A DNA stretch of 30,656 nucleotides from Candidatus Thorarchaeota archaeon. GTDB lineage: Archaea > Asgardarchaeota > Thorarchaeia > Thorarchaeales > Thorarchaeaceae. Below, in pieces: positions 8,641 through 18,709 of this stretch (positions are counted from its first letter, which is position 1; every line of letters begins with the position of its first letter). The position numbers and the translations under genes were made by a program. The DNA is taken from contig JAWAQK010000029.1 of NCBI GenBank assembly GCA_038893995.1, positions 1 to 30,656 of the forward strand. The letters run 5' to 3'. The notes beneath the pieces are model-generated. The model did not search any database and was not told the DNA's origin. It was given only the letters and a program-made list of their open reading frames with translations.

Positions 8641-9533
8641 TTCGTCGGTCTGCTCTCCAGATCAGCGTACTGGGGCGCAGGGGTCTGTTCCGACCCTGGG
8701 GCCACCATTGCCTTCTGCAGCCATGATGTACTGCTCCTGAGATACCACCCGTACCGTGGAGCTAGCATCTGAGCCAGTACTCTTGCCTCCCCGACAAGGC
8801 GTTCCCATGCAGGCTTGATGTCGTCGTCTCCCCGTACCCTCATCTCGATGTCGAAGTTGTACCGTCCACGAAGCACAGTCCAGCCTGCCATGTCACCAAG
8901 GGTGAACACATGTGGAGCGGCGTTCTCGTGAGTCATCTCGTCAAACATCACATATGAGTGCCAGGGTTCTCTGTCTGGATGATCCCCTGGCAGACCTGAG
9001 CAGCACTCCAGTGTGATGAAGCCCAGTTGATTGAGCTCTACGATGTGTGGTCTGATCGATACATCGACCCTGTCTATGAAGCTGTTCACATCGGGAGGCT
9101 CGTGGGGTGGTGCCTCTCTGTCGAGCCTGAAGTACTCTCTGGTGCTCTGTCCCCATATCAATGTGGGGAAGTGCCCCTCCTCAAGTTCCTGTCGGCATCT
9201 GGCCAGGTGCGGAACGAGACCCTCAACAGCACTGATCAGTCTCGCACAGGCCTCTCTGTATGGTCGGATGTCTGTCGATCCCGTGTCGTTGGTCGTTCTG
9301 CAGGCTGAGATCACTACATCGCCATGCTCGTCCAGACTTGCCCTCCAGCCCGCAATATCTGCAATGGTGACCATGTGGGCCTCCACGCCCGGATACGATG
9401 TCCTGTCCACAACGATAGTGGGCGTTGCAACCCCGTATCCCTCCCGGGGCAAGTGAGTCTCGACGACGAACCCGTTTCGGGTCAGCCTCTCAAGCACTTC
9501 CAAGACGAAGTCTGGACCGTGTCCAATCTTCAT
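8610..9533 (-). CDS. Hypothetical protein with a Tyw3/Taw3-like motif
   Basis: GGGGTGAG RBS upstream of GTG-ATG at 9536/9533; contains VDVSIRPHIVELNQLGFITLECCSG; 3' end overlaps the convergent gene by 31 bp. Confidence 0.65.
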   Translation of the reverse strand: MKIGHGPDFVLEVLERLTRNGFVVETHLPREGYGVATPTIVVDRTSYPGVEAHMVTIADIAGWRASLDEHGDVVISACRTTNDTGSTDIRPYREACARLISAVEGLVPHLARCRQELEEGHFPTLIWGQSTREYFRLDREAPPHEPPDVNSFIDRVDVSIRPHIVELNQLGFITLECCSGLPGDHPDREPWHSYVMFDEMTHENAAPHVFTLGDMAGWTVLRGRYNFDIEMRVRGDDDIKPAWERLVGEARVLAQMLAPRYGWYLRSSTSWLQKAMVAPGSEQTPAPQYADLESRPTNYCQPSSGTV

Positions 9534-9767
9534 CACACGTCTCACCCCAATGGCGTCTGTCAATCCGATGAGCGTAGTTTCTGCGACAATACCGCAGTGA
9601 CGCGACGGTCCTAGTCCCACGGGCCCGGCTCAGCAGGCCTCCTGAGATCTGTGCCATTCCAGAGTGAGTCTGGTCAGAACGGAATTCTGTCCGCTCTTAC
9701 CGTTGAACTATCCCAAGAGTGAGAGTTGTGGGTCACCTATATATCTCCTCTTTGGTCTGTTCTCTTC

Positions 9768-10352
9768 GTGTACTGTGGTCAGCTAGTCCGACTCCGTGCT
9801 CCAGAAGTGTCCGACTTGTCAGACATGATGAAGCACATCAATACCTATGAGACCCGTCAGTTTCTGCTGAACAAGCTGCCCATATCCCAGAAGGCTGAAC
9901 AGACCTGGCTCGAAAGAGCGGCGGTCTATGATCCCTGGAGAGACGGTCAAGTCGTCTTTGTAATAGAGGACAAGAATTCTCACGAACTACTCGGGACCGC
10001 AGGACTGCACAACATCTCTCCGCAGAGTCGTTCTGCTGAGCTTGGAATATGGATTCATGACCCCGAGAACTGTAGTAGGGGGTACGGGACTGATGCCGTC
10101 AGGGTGACCCTCTGGATAGCGTTCCACCTGCTCGGGCTGGAGTCAGTAATGCTGACTTGTCTTGACACGAACCTGAGGGCACAGAGAGCATATGAGAAGG
10201 CTGGGTTCAGAAAGGTTGGAATACTGAGGAAACACATGATGAGTTCCGGTCAACTACATGACGTCGTAGTGATGGACATCACCAGGGAGGACTTCATGGC
10301 AGCATATCCACCGGGCTCTACAGTTGGTGATTGCTCGCGTGTCCATGCATGA
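9768..10352 (+). CDS. GNAT N-acetyltransferase, RimJ/RimL-like
   Basis: GQLVRLR, LLGTAGL, SAELGIWI, SRGYGTDA and NLRAQRAYEKAGFRKVGILR motifs; TATATAT at 9738-9744 supports a start at the GTG at 9768. Confidence 0.9.
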   Translation: MYCGQLVRLRAPEVSDLSDMMKHINTYETRQFLLNKLPISQKAEQTWLERAAVYDPWRDGQVVFVIEDKNSHELLGTAGLHNISPQSRSAELGIWIHDPENCSRGYGTDAVRVTLWIAFHLLGLESVMLTCLDTNLRAQRAYEKAGFRKVGILRKHMMSSGQLHDVVVMDITREDFMAAYPPGSTVGDCSRVHA

Positions 10353-10573
10353 GCCCACAGATGAGTCCCACTGTACCGCGTGTGCTGCCCACTGGTCCCG
10401 AGAGTGGCGTCACCGTCAGGTCCTCGTCGACGTCTACAGCGTCTCCCATAGAATCGAGGCCACGGCCCCAGACTGTCTGTCAGCAGGAGGGGAGCATAGT
10501 TTCGCAGGAGACTAGTGTGCTGTACTCTCCGCAAGTCTTTTCACCCTGAAGACCGACTAGCCATTGAGAGCCA

Positions 10574-12025
10574 ATGTCATCCTATGGAATCTCACAGTAT
10601 CCTGATGTTCCCGAGATATATCGTCGGCTCGATGCACTGATGCGCCTCCCGGTACACCGGATACGGCGGGACGCAATGTCTCGGTATCTCGACTATTTTG
10701 AGTCACGTTGCAAGGGCTCCAAGGAGCTGACGACCGAGGCAAGAGGCTACATACCTGGTGGAGTGCAACATAACCTGGCCTTCAATCATCCGTTCCCGAT
10801 TGCCATACACAGGGCTGATGGAGCATACCTCTGGGACGTCGATGGGAACCAGTACATTGACTTCCTGCAAGCCGGTGGTCCAACGATCCTTGGTAGCAAC
10901 TACGCTCCCGTGAGGGAGAAGGTCGTGGAGCTGATAAACGAGTGCGGTCCGGTGACGGGGCTATTCTCTGAGTATGAGCTCAAGCTCGCCAAGGAAGTGA
11001 GGCGACACGTCCCATCAGTGGAGATGTTCCGAATGCTTGGTAGCGGGACCGAGTCCGTCATGGCAGCGATCCGGGTTGCACGGCTGGCCACGGGTAAGAA
11101 GAAGATCATCAAGATTGGGGGTGCCTATCACGGCTGGAGCGATCAGATGGTCTATGGGCTCCATATCCCTGGGACACGGGGTTTCGAGGCCCACGGTATT
11201 CCCTCCTCCTGCAGGAAGCATACTCAGGAGGTTGTCCCCAACAGACCAGACGCCATCAGGAGGAACCTACGACGCAACCGACTGAAGGGCGGGACGGCTG
11301 CAGTGATCCTTGAGGGAGTTGGACCAGAGTCTGGTACTCGTCCAGTAGATAGGGAATACAATCGGGAGGTACGAGAACTCTGTGACCAGTACGATGCTCT
11401 GCTGATATTTGACGAGGTCGTGACATTTGGAAGGATAGGCCTCGGGGGTGCTCAGGGGTACTTTGGTGTCAGGCCAGACCTCACGGTCTTCGGCAAGGTC
11501 ATTGCGGGAGGCTATCCGGGCGCAGGTGGTCTGGGCGGACGGAGAGATCTGATGGAGCATCTTGCGGCCGGGATTGAGAGTGGGAAGAAACGGGCCTATG
11601 TTGGTGGTACACTGTCAGCCAGCCCGCTCAGCTCAGCGGCCGGTTACTACACGCTACTCGAGATAGAACGTACCGACGCATGTCGGAAGGCGGGTCGTGC
11701 AGGAGACCGTCTGATTGCAGGGCTGGAGGAGGCCATCCAGGAACGCAACCTGCCTTTCGTGGCCTACAACCAGGGTGCAATCTGTCACCTGGAGACTGTC
11801 GGTGCCATGTTTGTCCGTCTGAACTATCTGAAGATACGCTCGGTGCTCAGGGAGATCAAGGAGAGAAAGTTTGCAATGGAGGAGATGGGTGCCGCCTATA
11901 CCGCTGAGGGGGTAATCACGCTTGCAGGTTCGCGGATGTACACCAGTATGGCTGACACGGACGATGTCATAGACAGTGCCATAGAGAGATTCTCAAGAGT
12001 CTTCGACAACGTTGAACGACCCTGA
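10574..12025 (+). CDS. Class III PLP aminotransferase (GSA-aminomutase-like, non-canonical)
   Basis: IPGGV, GAYLWDVDGNQYIDF, SGTES, GAYHG, LLIFDEVVT and PDLTVFGK (PLP lysine) motifs. Confidence 0.92.
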   Translation: MSSYGISQYPDVPEIYRRLDALMRLPVHRIRRDAMSRYLDYFESRCKGSKELTTEARGYIPGGVQHNLAFNHPFPIAIHRADGAYLWDVDGNQYIDFLQAGGPTILGSNYAPVREKVVELINECGPVTGLFSEYELKLAKEVRRHVPSVEMFRMLGSGTESVMAAIRVARLATGKKKIIKIGGAYHGWSDQMVYGLHIPGTRGFEAHGIPSSCRKHTQEVVPNRPDAIRRNLRRNRLKGGTAAVILEGVGPESGTRPVDREYNREVRELCDQYDALLIFDEVVTFGRIGLGGAQGYFGVRPDLTVFGKVIAGGYPGAGGLGGRRDLMEHLAAGIESGKKRAYVGGTLSASPLSSAAGYYTLLEIERTDACRKAGRAGDRLIAGLEEAIQERNLPFVAYNQGAICHLETVGAMFVRLNYLKIRSVLREIKERKFAMEEMGAAYTAEGVITLAGSRMYTSMADTDDVIDSAIERFSRVFDNVERP

Positions 12026-12056
12026 GTCTAGAGTGGACGACCAGAGGTGATGCCAG

Positions 12057-12749
12057 GTGGATGCAGAGACAGCCCGAAGACTTGTCTGCGATACGGGCCG
12101 CAGACTACGTGATTCATGCCTGGTGCTGGGGACGTGGGGGAATGTTTCCTGCAGGATCGACGAATACAGGATGGCCATCACTCCATCTGGAATGGACTAC
12201 GAAAGTCTGACTCCCGAGCAGATACCCATCGTGGACTTCAGGTCTGATGAACTCACATGGGAGGGCTCGCACGAACCGTCGGCTGAGCGAAAGCTCCATG
12301 CGGCCATCTACCGAGAACGCAAGGACGTGAACGCCATTGTCCATGTCCACTCGCCCTATGCCTCGACTGTCGCCGCCGCACGTAGGGAGGTGCCCCCGAT
12401 CCTGGACGACATGGTACAGGTAATAGGCCCGTCAGTCAGAGTTGCAGAGTATGCCCTGCCTGCGACTAAGAAGATCGTAAAGACCACGCTGAGGGCCCTC
12501 AAGGGACGCAACGCAGCGCTGATGGCAAACCACGGCGCCGTGTGTCTGGGCAGAGACATGGAGGAGGCATTCACCTGTGCGCTGGTGCTTGAGAGAAGTT
12601 GCAAGTCTTTCATAGAGGCAGAGTTTCTTGGTGGAGCCAAGACGATAGGCCGCGTAGACGCGATGATCATGCGGCAGTACTACCTTCGAAAGTACTCGAA
12701 GCGCAGGATCACTGACTCAACAGAAGGACCTGATGCTGACATCCCCTGA
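12057..12749 (+). CDS. Class II aldolase/adducin family protein (FucA-like)
   Basis: GTWGNVS, ITPSG, PSAE..LH, HVH and NHG metal-binding motifs; GAGGTGA RBS; 31 bp downstream of the aminotransferase. Confidence 0.92.
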   Translation: MDAETARRLVCDTGRRLRDSCLVLGTWGNVSCRIDEYRMAITPSGMDYESLTPEQIPIVDFRSDELTWEGSHEPSAERKLHAAIYRERKDVNAIVHVHSPYASTVAAARREVPPILDDMVQVIGPSVRVAEYALPATKKIVKTTLRALKGRNAALMANHGAVCLGRDMEEAFTCALVLERSCKSFIEAEFLGGAKTIGRVDAMIMRQYYLRKYSKRRITDSTEGPDADIP

Positions 12750-12829
12750 TCAGGATGGGCAGAGTCTCACAATGAGGATGCGGTGGGCCCGAGACATCTC
12801 TCTCAGGCCACGCATCGTAGCTCGGCGTT

Positions 12830-14029
12830 CTACCAGAGCCTGTACTTCCGCTTGACGAAGCCCTCCCATACGTTGGGGAGCCTGGAGATCACCTCGGAGG
12901 CAATGCTCTCGACGGAGCCCTTCACCTTGTTCACATCACAGTCTCCGTAGAGTTCGACATTGACCGCTCTCGGCTCGGTGATTGGAGCACCAATCTGACT
13001 CACGAGGTAACAGTATACCTGGGTCAGGTCGGGATGCTCCTCGATGACCCTCTCGACGATCTCCCGTGCTGCCACATTGTAGGTCTTGCCAACATGGGAC
13101 ACCGGGTTCTTTCCGGCGGCGGCCTCCAGTGTCATGGGCCTATATGGTGTGATCAGACCATTCGCCCGGTTACCCCTGCCGACCTGGCCGTCATCTCCGT
13201 GCTCGGCGGATGTTCCTGTCACAGTCAGATAGAACAGACCATCCTTTGGTGAGTCTGCAGTGTTGACTGACACGTCTACCGGACTATCAGTCGTCTTCAC
13301 GGCAAGGTCGAGCAGCATGTCCTTTATGCCCTGCATCACATTTGCGTACTCGTCAGCATCCCTTGTCTCACTGGAGATTATGGCTGCTGCCACCTGGAGA
13401 TGGATGTGGTCGCCGATTCTAGTCCCCATCACCTTGATGTCCTCGCCGATCTGGGGCCACTTCTTCTTGGTCTTCCGGTCGTTCAGTAGTAGTTCTGACT
13501 TCAGGACGAGTTCCTCTGTCGGTGTCATGGGTGCATAGGCCACTCCGAAGCTCGTGTCGTTCGACCTTGGAATGTCTCTTCCCACCTCGAAGTTGCCAAC
13601 AAGGTCAGTACTTCCTGCCCTGATCTTGTAGTCAATGATTATGTCGGAGTTGACATCTAGGTGAGGAAGCTCCTCTCTGAGCCACTCTCTCGTGTGATGT
13701 ACCGCGAACTTGCCGACTGGCACTTGTCTCTCGTAGTCTCGTCCGACGACATCGACGGCTCTTCCGCTCAGGAGGAGGTATATTGGTTCTATCACGTCTC
13801 CTCCGCCGAATCGGGCGTTGGACTGTCCGCCAACCAGGAGCACCTTGTCGACATTATGGTGCTGGACACGACCAAAGGTCTCCAGATAGTACTCTGAGAG
13901 CTTTATCGACAACTCCTCTGCAGCCTTGTCACATAGTGTGTCGGGATGTCCCTTCCCTTTTCTCTCCACTATCTCTACTCGTCTACGTATGACGGGGAGA
14001 CCCTCCCCTCTGGTGACTTCAATGTTCAT
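12830..14029 (-). CDS. mat: S-adenosylmethionine synthetase, archaeal type
   Basis: [54 protein letters not shown] and [14 protein letters not shown] motifs. Confidence 0.97.
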   Translation of the reverse strand: MNIEVTRGEGLPVIRRRVEIVERKGKGHPDTLCDKAAEELSIKLSEYYLETFGRVQHHNVDKVLLVGGQSNARFGGGDVIEPIYLLLSGRAVDVVGRDYERQVPVGKFAVHHTREWLREELPHLDVNSDIIIDYKIRAGSTDLVGNFEVGRDIPRSNDTSFGVAYAPMTPTEELVLKSELLLNDRKTKKKWPQIGEDIKVMGTRIGDHIHLQVAAAIISSETRDADEYANVMQGIKDMLLDLAVKTTDSPVDVSVNTADSPKDGLFYLTVTGTSAEHGDDGQVGRGNRANGLITPYRPMTLEAAAGKNPVSHVGKTYNVAAREIVERVIEEHPDLTQVYCYLVSQIGAPITEPRAVNVELYGDCDVNKVKGSVESIASEVISRLPNVWEGFVKRKYRLW

Positions 14030-14149
14030 CTTCTCTACACCTGGGAGCGCTCGCGAGGGAAAGCCATTTAAGCATTACGACCGCTATTCTCAGCGGTAAT
14101 TTGAGGCTTACTGCCAATTATCCTGGGTAATTGGAGGAGACAACGACAC

Positions 14150-14710
14150 ATGTCACTGGGTGTGGAGGACATCTCGTTGCTCAGAAAGAAGGCAGGACTC
14201 ACGCAGGCGGAGCTGGCGGCTGCGGTGAACGTGTCACAGTCCTACATTGCAAGACTGGAGCGGGGCACTATAGATCCGAAGATCTCGGTCGTGAGGAGGA
14301 TATACGACTACCTCACATCCATTCCCAGACTCACATGCGGCGACGTCATGAGCCCAAACCCTGTGGTGATAGATGCACGTGATGCGGCGTGGGATGCCGC
14401 TCGCCTGATGCTCGAGCATGGTTTCTCGCAGCTGCCAGTCGTCCGTGGAGGCATTGCAGTGGGGATGGTCGATGAGCGCGACATAATCAGGAATCTCAAC
14501 AGAAACCTGAGGTCGATGTCTGTGCAGGCAGTCATGGGTGGTGAGAGTGCACCGAGGGCAGACGAACAGACCAGTATCAACTCAGTACTACCACTGTTTG
14601 AGAACTTTCAGGCGATCCTGGTTGAGAAGAGCGGTCGGCTGTCAGGAATACTGACAAGGTCTGACATTGTCAAGTTCAAGATGACTGGCAGAAGAGTGGC
14701 ACCCGAATGA
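14150..14710 (+). CDS. XRE-family HTH regulator with C-terminal CBS pair
   Basis: LRKKAGLTQAELA..VSQSYIARLERGTIDPK HTH; CBS motifs FSQLPVV and GILTRSDI; divergent from mat. Confidence 0.92.
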   Translation: MSLGVEDISLLRKKAGLTQAELAAAVNVSQSYIARLERGTIDPKISVVRRIYDYLTSIPRLTCGDVMSPNPVVIDARDAAWDAARLMLEHGFSQLPVVRGGIAVGMVDERDIIRNLNRNLRSMSVQAVMGGESAPRADEQTSINSVLPLFENFQAILVEKSGRLSGILTRSDIVKFKMTGRRVAPE

Positions 14711-14794
14711 GCAAGTGTCCCCGCGTCAGCAAGATAGGTCCTCGCAGAATGAGTTAAAAGGCCAGAACGAAGATTTGTTTCAGAGTGGAACGAA

Positions 14795-15454
14795 TTGCGT
14801 CGAGAGCTTGAGATTCTTGATGAGCTTAAGGAGGGCCTGGATACCTTCGTCGACCGCTGGTCAAAGATACAACGAAACTCACTCAAGAGTATACAGGCTG
14901 TTGCCAACACCATCATGCAGATAGAGCATCTGGACGGCCCCCTGGGAAAGCTCGAGGAGTTTGATAACATAAGAGAGAACACCAAGGGCAAGCTTCTTGT
15001 GATGCTCTATGATCAGCTCGTTCCCTCGTTGGAGTCCTCGGTGAAGGAATTCACCAAGCTCATGAAGATGTTTGAGGACCTGCGACAGAAGGTGACAGTC
15101 GTCCAGACACTTGCCGAGTCTCTGCGTGGAGGCAGTGGAGACAGGGGCGAGCTTGAGGATCTCGCAGGTTTCCTGGACCTCATCGTGCTCAACGTCAACA
15201 ACATCCTCAACATGTTCGAGGCCGAGTTTCTGGTCAAGATCATCCTGTTCCGTGACCTCGAGGAGGGCGGCACTGAGATGGGCGTGATAAGCAACTACCT
15301 CACAATATGGACCGCCGAGCCGAACATAGAGATCCACGTCCTCGATAAGCTGATGAAGGACCTAGAGGAACACTTTGAGCTGCTGCGGGAGGTCTTCTCC
15401 GGAAAGGCTGGAATCCGACAGCCTGACATTCAGAGCAGGTTTCAGGAACAGTGA
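14795..15454 (+). CDS. Helical protein resembling the eukaryotic CINP / C1orf109 family
   Basis: TTG start after a TTAAAA box at about 14754; motifs DRWSKIQ..AVAN, LGKLEEFDNIRE..KGK and NMFEAEFLVK..YLTIWTAEPNIE match the recalled family pattern (MyxxExLxK..YLxxWxxqPxie). The ORF is solid; the family call was made by eye. Confidence 0.7.
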   Translation: MRRELEILDELKEGLDTFVDRWSKIQRNSLKSIQAVANTIMQIEHLDGPLGKLEEFDNIRENTKGKLLVMLYDQLVPSLESSVKEFTKLMKMFEDLRQKVTVVQTLAESLRGGSGDRGELEDLAGFLDLIVLNVNNILNMFEAEFLVKIILFRDLEEGGTEMGVISNYLTIWTAEPNIEIHVLDKLMKDLEEHFELLREVFSGKAGIRQPDIQSRFQEQ

Positions 15455-15675
15455 GGAAGCGACTCATTGTCATCTTTGGCCAAGGCGTTGACTGACAGTC
15501 CTGAGGACTCCGTCTGGTGCGAACACGACAACGCTGCCCGTGCCTGTGCTGGGACCGGGCTCACCTGTCCCCAGCCTCGAGTCTTCACTTCGAGTGCTAC
15601 TCCTGATGCGTACTGACTTTCAATGGGGCTGCCATAGGCGAAGGTAGATGAGCAGGAGTTTCTTATTCCCATGAC

Positions 15676-18516
15676 ATGCCCCGTGAGACAGACATGGTCG
15701 AGTACGACAAGTGCATGCAGAGATTGGGTCCCGGCGGTGCCGGGCTCACTGACGAAGAGGTGCAGAGACGTCTTCAGGAGTTCGGTCCAAACCGCATCGC
15801 CCCCAAGAAGAAGGAGCATCCGCTGAGCCTGTTTCTGAGACAGTTCAAGAGTCCGCTCATCTACATTCTCGTCGTTGCAGCGATACTGTCACTGATAGTC
15901 GAGATCGAACTGATGTCACTGAATGGCAATGCAGACCCACTCAAACAGCCCGGTCTCGATTCTCTGGTCATCCTCGTCACGGTACTGCTTAACGCGACGA
16001 TAGGCTTCGTACAGGAGTGGAAGGCACAGGGTGCCATAGAGTCCGTGAGGTCTCTCATCCAGGACAGGGCACGGGTGTTGAGGAATGGCACGGAGGTCGA
16101 GATTCCGGCCGAGAATCTGGTCCCTGGCGACATACTCCTGCTCCGGGCCGGTGAGAGGGTGTCCGCGGATGGAGTAGTCGCATACGAACGAAACCTACAT
16201 GTTGATGAGAGTATTCTGACGGGAGAGAGTATTCCTGTACGGAAGATCGCCTGCGATGCAGACAGGTTGACAGACATTGACGAGTCCAGTAGGGTGCTGG
16301 CTGGCTCCTTCGTCACAGAGGGTCGGGCCCGAGTGGTCGTCCTGCAGACCGGTGATAGGACGATGCTCGGCGAGATAAATACACGCCTGAAGACAATCAG
16401 GAAAGAGGAGTCTCCCTTTGAGAAGAGGATGAAACGCGTCAGTGTCGTCTTCACGGGGCTGGCGGCGGTGTTCATTGTTCAGATACTGATCCTGAGCGTC
16501 TACAAGGACGCAGCCCTGCCGAAACTCCTCCTGTTGTCGGTCGCCGTCCTCGTTGGGACAATACCAGAGGGACTGCCAGCCGTGATCACGGTAGTGCTCT
16601 CTGTTGGAATCTATCGTCTGGCCAAGAGGAAGGTGATCGTACGCAATCTGGCGATCCTAGAGTCACTGGGGCTCGTCGAGGTGATCTGTACAGACAAGAC
16701 TGGCACGCTGACAGAGAACCGGATGACCGTGAGGTCTGTCTACACACCTGCAGGTTCATTCAGTGTGAGTTCAACTCCGGACGGTTCATTGAGATGGTCT
16801 CAGACACCCACAATGATGTCCTCGCTGGGTGCCAGTGACGATACAGGACCACCAGCAGTCGAACAGCACAAGGTGACAGCAGTCGATCATGGGACTGAGT
16901 TTGTCAAGAGACATCCCCAGCTCGAGACGCTGATGACACTGATGGTCCTCTGTAATGATGCCGAGATCTATCACGACCTCACAGGTGCTACTCCCGGACG
17001 TGTGACCTCGCCGGACGATGTACGTACGATGCGCTCCAGCGGTTCGCCGACCGAGGTGGCGATACTGACAGCAGCAGACTCTCTCGGGATCACAAAGGAG
17101 ATAGCAGACGAGGCATGGCCCCGAGTCACCGAGATCCCGTTCTCCAGTGACAGGAAGTTCATGGCGACGCTGCACAGGCGCACCACGGGAACCGAGGTCT
17201 CAATCAGCTCTGCATCAGACTCAACACCCTCCCACCTACTGGTCGTGAAGGGCGCTCCGGAGGTGGTGGAGGGCTTCCTCGAGAGACCATCTGGCTCCGA
17301 ACACATAGTGAGAGAGTGTGCCACTCAGGGACTGCGCGTCCTTGCCTGTGCCTACAAGATGGTGGGTACGAGAGAGAGCATCGAGTCTGGAGATCTGACC
17401 GGTATGACATTTGCTGGACTGTGTGCCATGAATGACCCCCCAAGACGAGGGGTCCGGGAATACGTCGAGACGTGTCGCCGGGCCGGGATCAATGTGGTGA
17501 TGATCACTGGCGACAATGAGTACACAGCCCGGTCAATCGGTCACGAGGTCGGTATCTATCGACCCGAGCGTGGAGACCGAGTGGTGACTGGCAGTGAGCT
17601 TGACAAGATGGACGACACGGGGCTTGATGAGGCCCTGAACAGCACCACGGTCTTTGCAAGGACTAATCCATTGCACAAGTTGAGGATAGTTTCCTCGCTG
17701 CTGAGACGGGGGTCTATCACTGCAATGACCGGAGATGGCGTCAACGACAGCCCCGCTCTCAGACAGGCCAGTGTTGGGATTGCCATGGGTGTGACCGGGA
17801 CTGATATTGCCAAGGAGGCATCGGACGTTGTCCTTCACGAGGAGAAATTCGAGACAGTCGTCGAGGGAATCGACGAGGGGAGAAACGTGCTGTCCAACCT
17901 CAGAAAGGTCATTCAGTTCTACCTGACGACAGGCATTGCACAGAACGTCCTCATAATTGCCTCGCTGATCCTGTTCTCATCATCTCTTCTATCACCGCTA
18001 CAGATACTCTGGGTCAATCTGGCGGCAACAGGTCTTACTGACATCGGCCTGGGAATGGAGCCCAAGGAGAGGGGTCTCCTGGAGAGACCTCCTCCACGAC
18101 TGGCAGACCAGATGATCTCGAGAGACATGGTGTTCCTCTCTCTAGTGCATGCCGTATACATGGTAGCGGTGAGTGTATCGATGTACGCACTCTACCTGCC
18201 CGTTGACAGTGCAAAGGCCGTCACGATTGGTTTCTTGTCATTTGTCATTCTGCAGTGGTATCATTCACTCAACTGCAGGTCTCATGTGACATCCATCGTG
18301 AAACTCGGAGTGCTCAGAAACAGGGCCCTCATCATGTCGATCATTGCGTCATTCGGCCTGGTCCTCTTGCTAGTTGTGATCCCCGGACTCTCCGCCGCGT
18401 TTGATGTAGTGCCCCTTGACCTCACGGACTGGTTGTTGATGGGTGCAGCAGGACTGTCGATAGTGGCATTTGACGAGATCAGGAAGTATCTCTTGCGGTC
18501 CGGAGCTCGACATTGA
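15676..18516 (+). CDS. Cation-transporting P-type ATPase (type II, probably Ca2+)
   Basis: LTGES, PEGLP, DKTGTLT, FSSDRKFM, KGAPE, DPPR, MITGD, TGDGVND and QILWVNL motifs; start may be the ATG at 15694. Confidence 0.96.
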   Translation: MPRETDMVEYDKCMQRLGPGGAGLTDEEVQRRLQEFGPNRIAPKKKEHPLSLFLRQFKSPLIYILVVAAILSLIVEIELMSLNGNADPLKQPGLDSLVILVTVLLNATIGFVQEWKAQGAIESVRSLIQDRARVLRNGTEVEIPAENLVPGDILLLRAGERVSADGVVAYERNLHVDESILTGESIPVRKIACDADRLTDIDESSRVLAGSFVTEGRARVVVLQTGDRTMLGEINTRLKTIRKEESPFEKRMKRVSVVFTGLAAVFIVQILILSVYKDAALPKLLLLSVAVLVGTIPEGLPAVITVVLSVGIYRLAKRKVIVRNLAILESLGLVEVICTDKTGTLTENRMTVRSVYTPAGSFSVSSTPDGSLRWSQTPTMMSSLGASDDTGPPAVEQHKVTAVDHGTEFVKRHPQLETLMTLMVLCNDAEIYHDLTGATPGRVTSPDDVRTMRSSGSPTEVAILTAADSLGITKEIADEAWPRVTEIPFSSDRKFMATLHRRTTGTEVSISSASDSTPSHLLVVKGAPEVVEGFLERPSGSEHIVRECATQGLRVLACAYKMVGTRESIESGDLTGMTFAGLCAMNDPPRRGVREYVETCRRAGINVVMITGDNEYTARSIGHEVGIYRPERGDRVVTGSELDKMDDTGLDEALNSTTVFARTNPLHKLRIVSSLLRRGSITAMTGDGVNDSPALRQASVGIAMGVTGTDIAKEASDVVLHEEKFETVVEGIDEGRNVLSNLRKVIQFYLTTGIAQNVLIIASLILFSSSLLSPLQILWVNLAATGLTDIGLGMEPKERGLLERPPPRLADQMISRDMVFLSLVHAVYMVAVSVSMYALYLPVDSAKAVTIGFLSFVILQWYHSLNCRSHVTSIVKLGVLRNRALIMSIIASFGLVLLLVVIPGLSAAFDVVPLDLTDWLLMGAAGLSIVAFDEIRKYLLRSGARH

Positions 18517-18709
18517 CACACAGTACGGGTACGCCAGATGAGCCAGCCATACTGGATCACACGGCACGAGAGCTGGATGTTCCAGTGACACGAACCGAGT
18601 GTTCATCGGCCAGTATCTCGAGATTGCACCATCATGCTTAATTGGAGGCCGCCGGTGCCTGAGCAGGAGTAAGTCCTGATGGGTCGGTATACACGAGGAG
18701 CGTGCAGAT

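Noticed and set aside
10574-12025. Calling the aminotransferase hemL
   Set aside because: Diagnostic HemL segments diverge and the context is an aldolase, not tetrapyrrole genes.
15590-15606. GGAGTAGC motif reminiscent of a yybP-ykoY riboswitch upstream of a P-type ATPase
   Set aside because: It is on the strand opposite the ATPase and the other conserved elements were not found.
15616-15624. ACTTTCAAT identical to the end of the CRISPR repeat
   Set aside because: Only 9 nt match; the rest of the repeat is absent, so it is a chance match.
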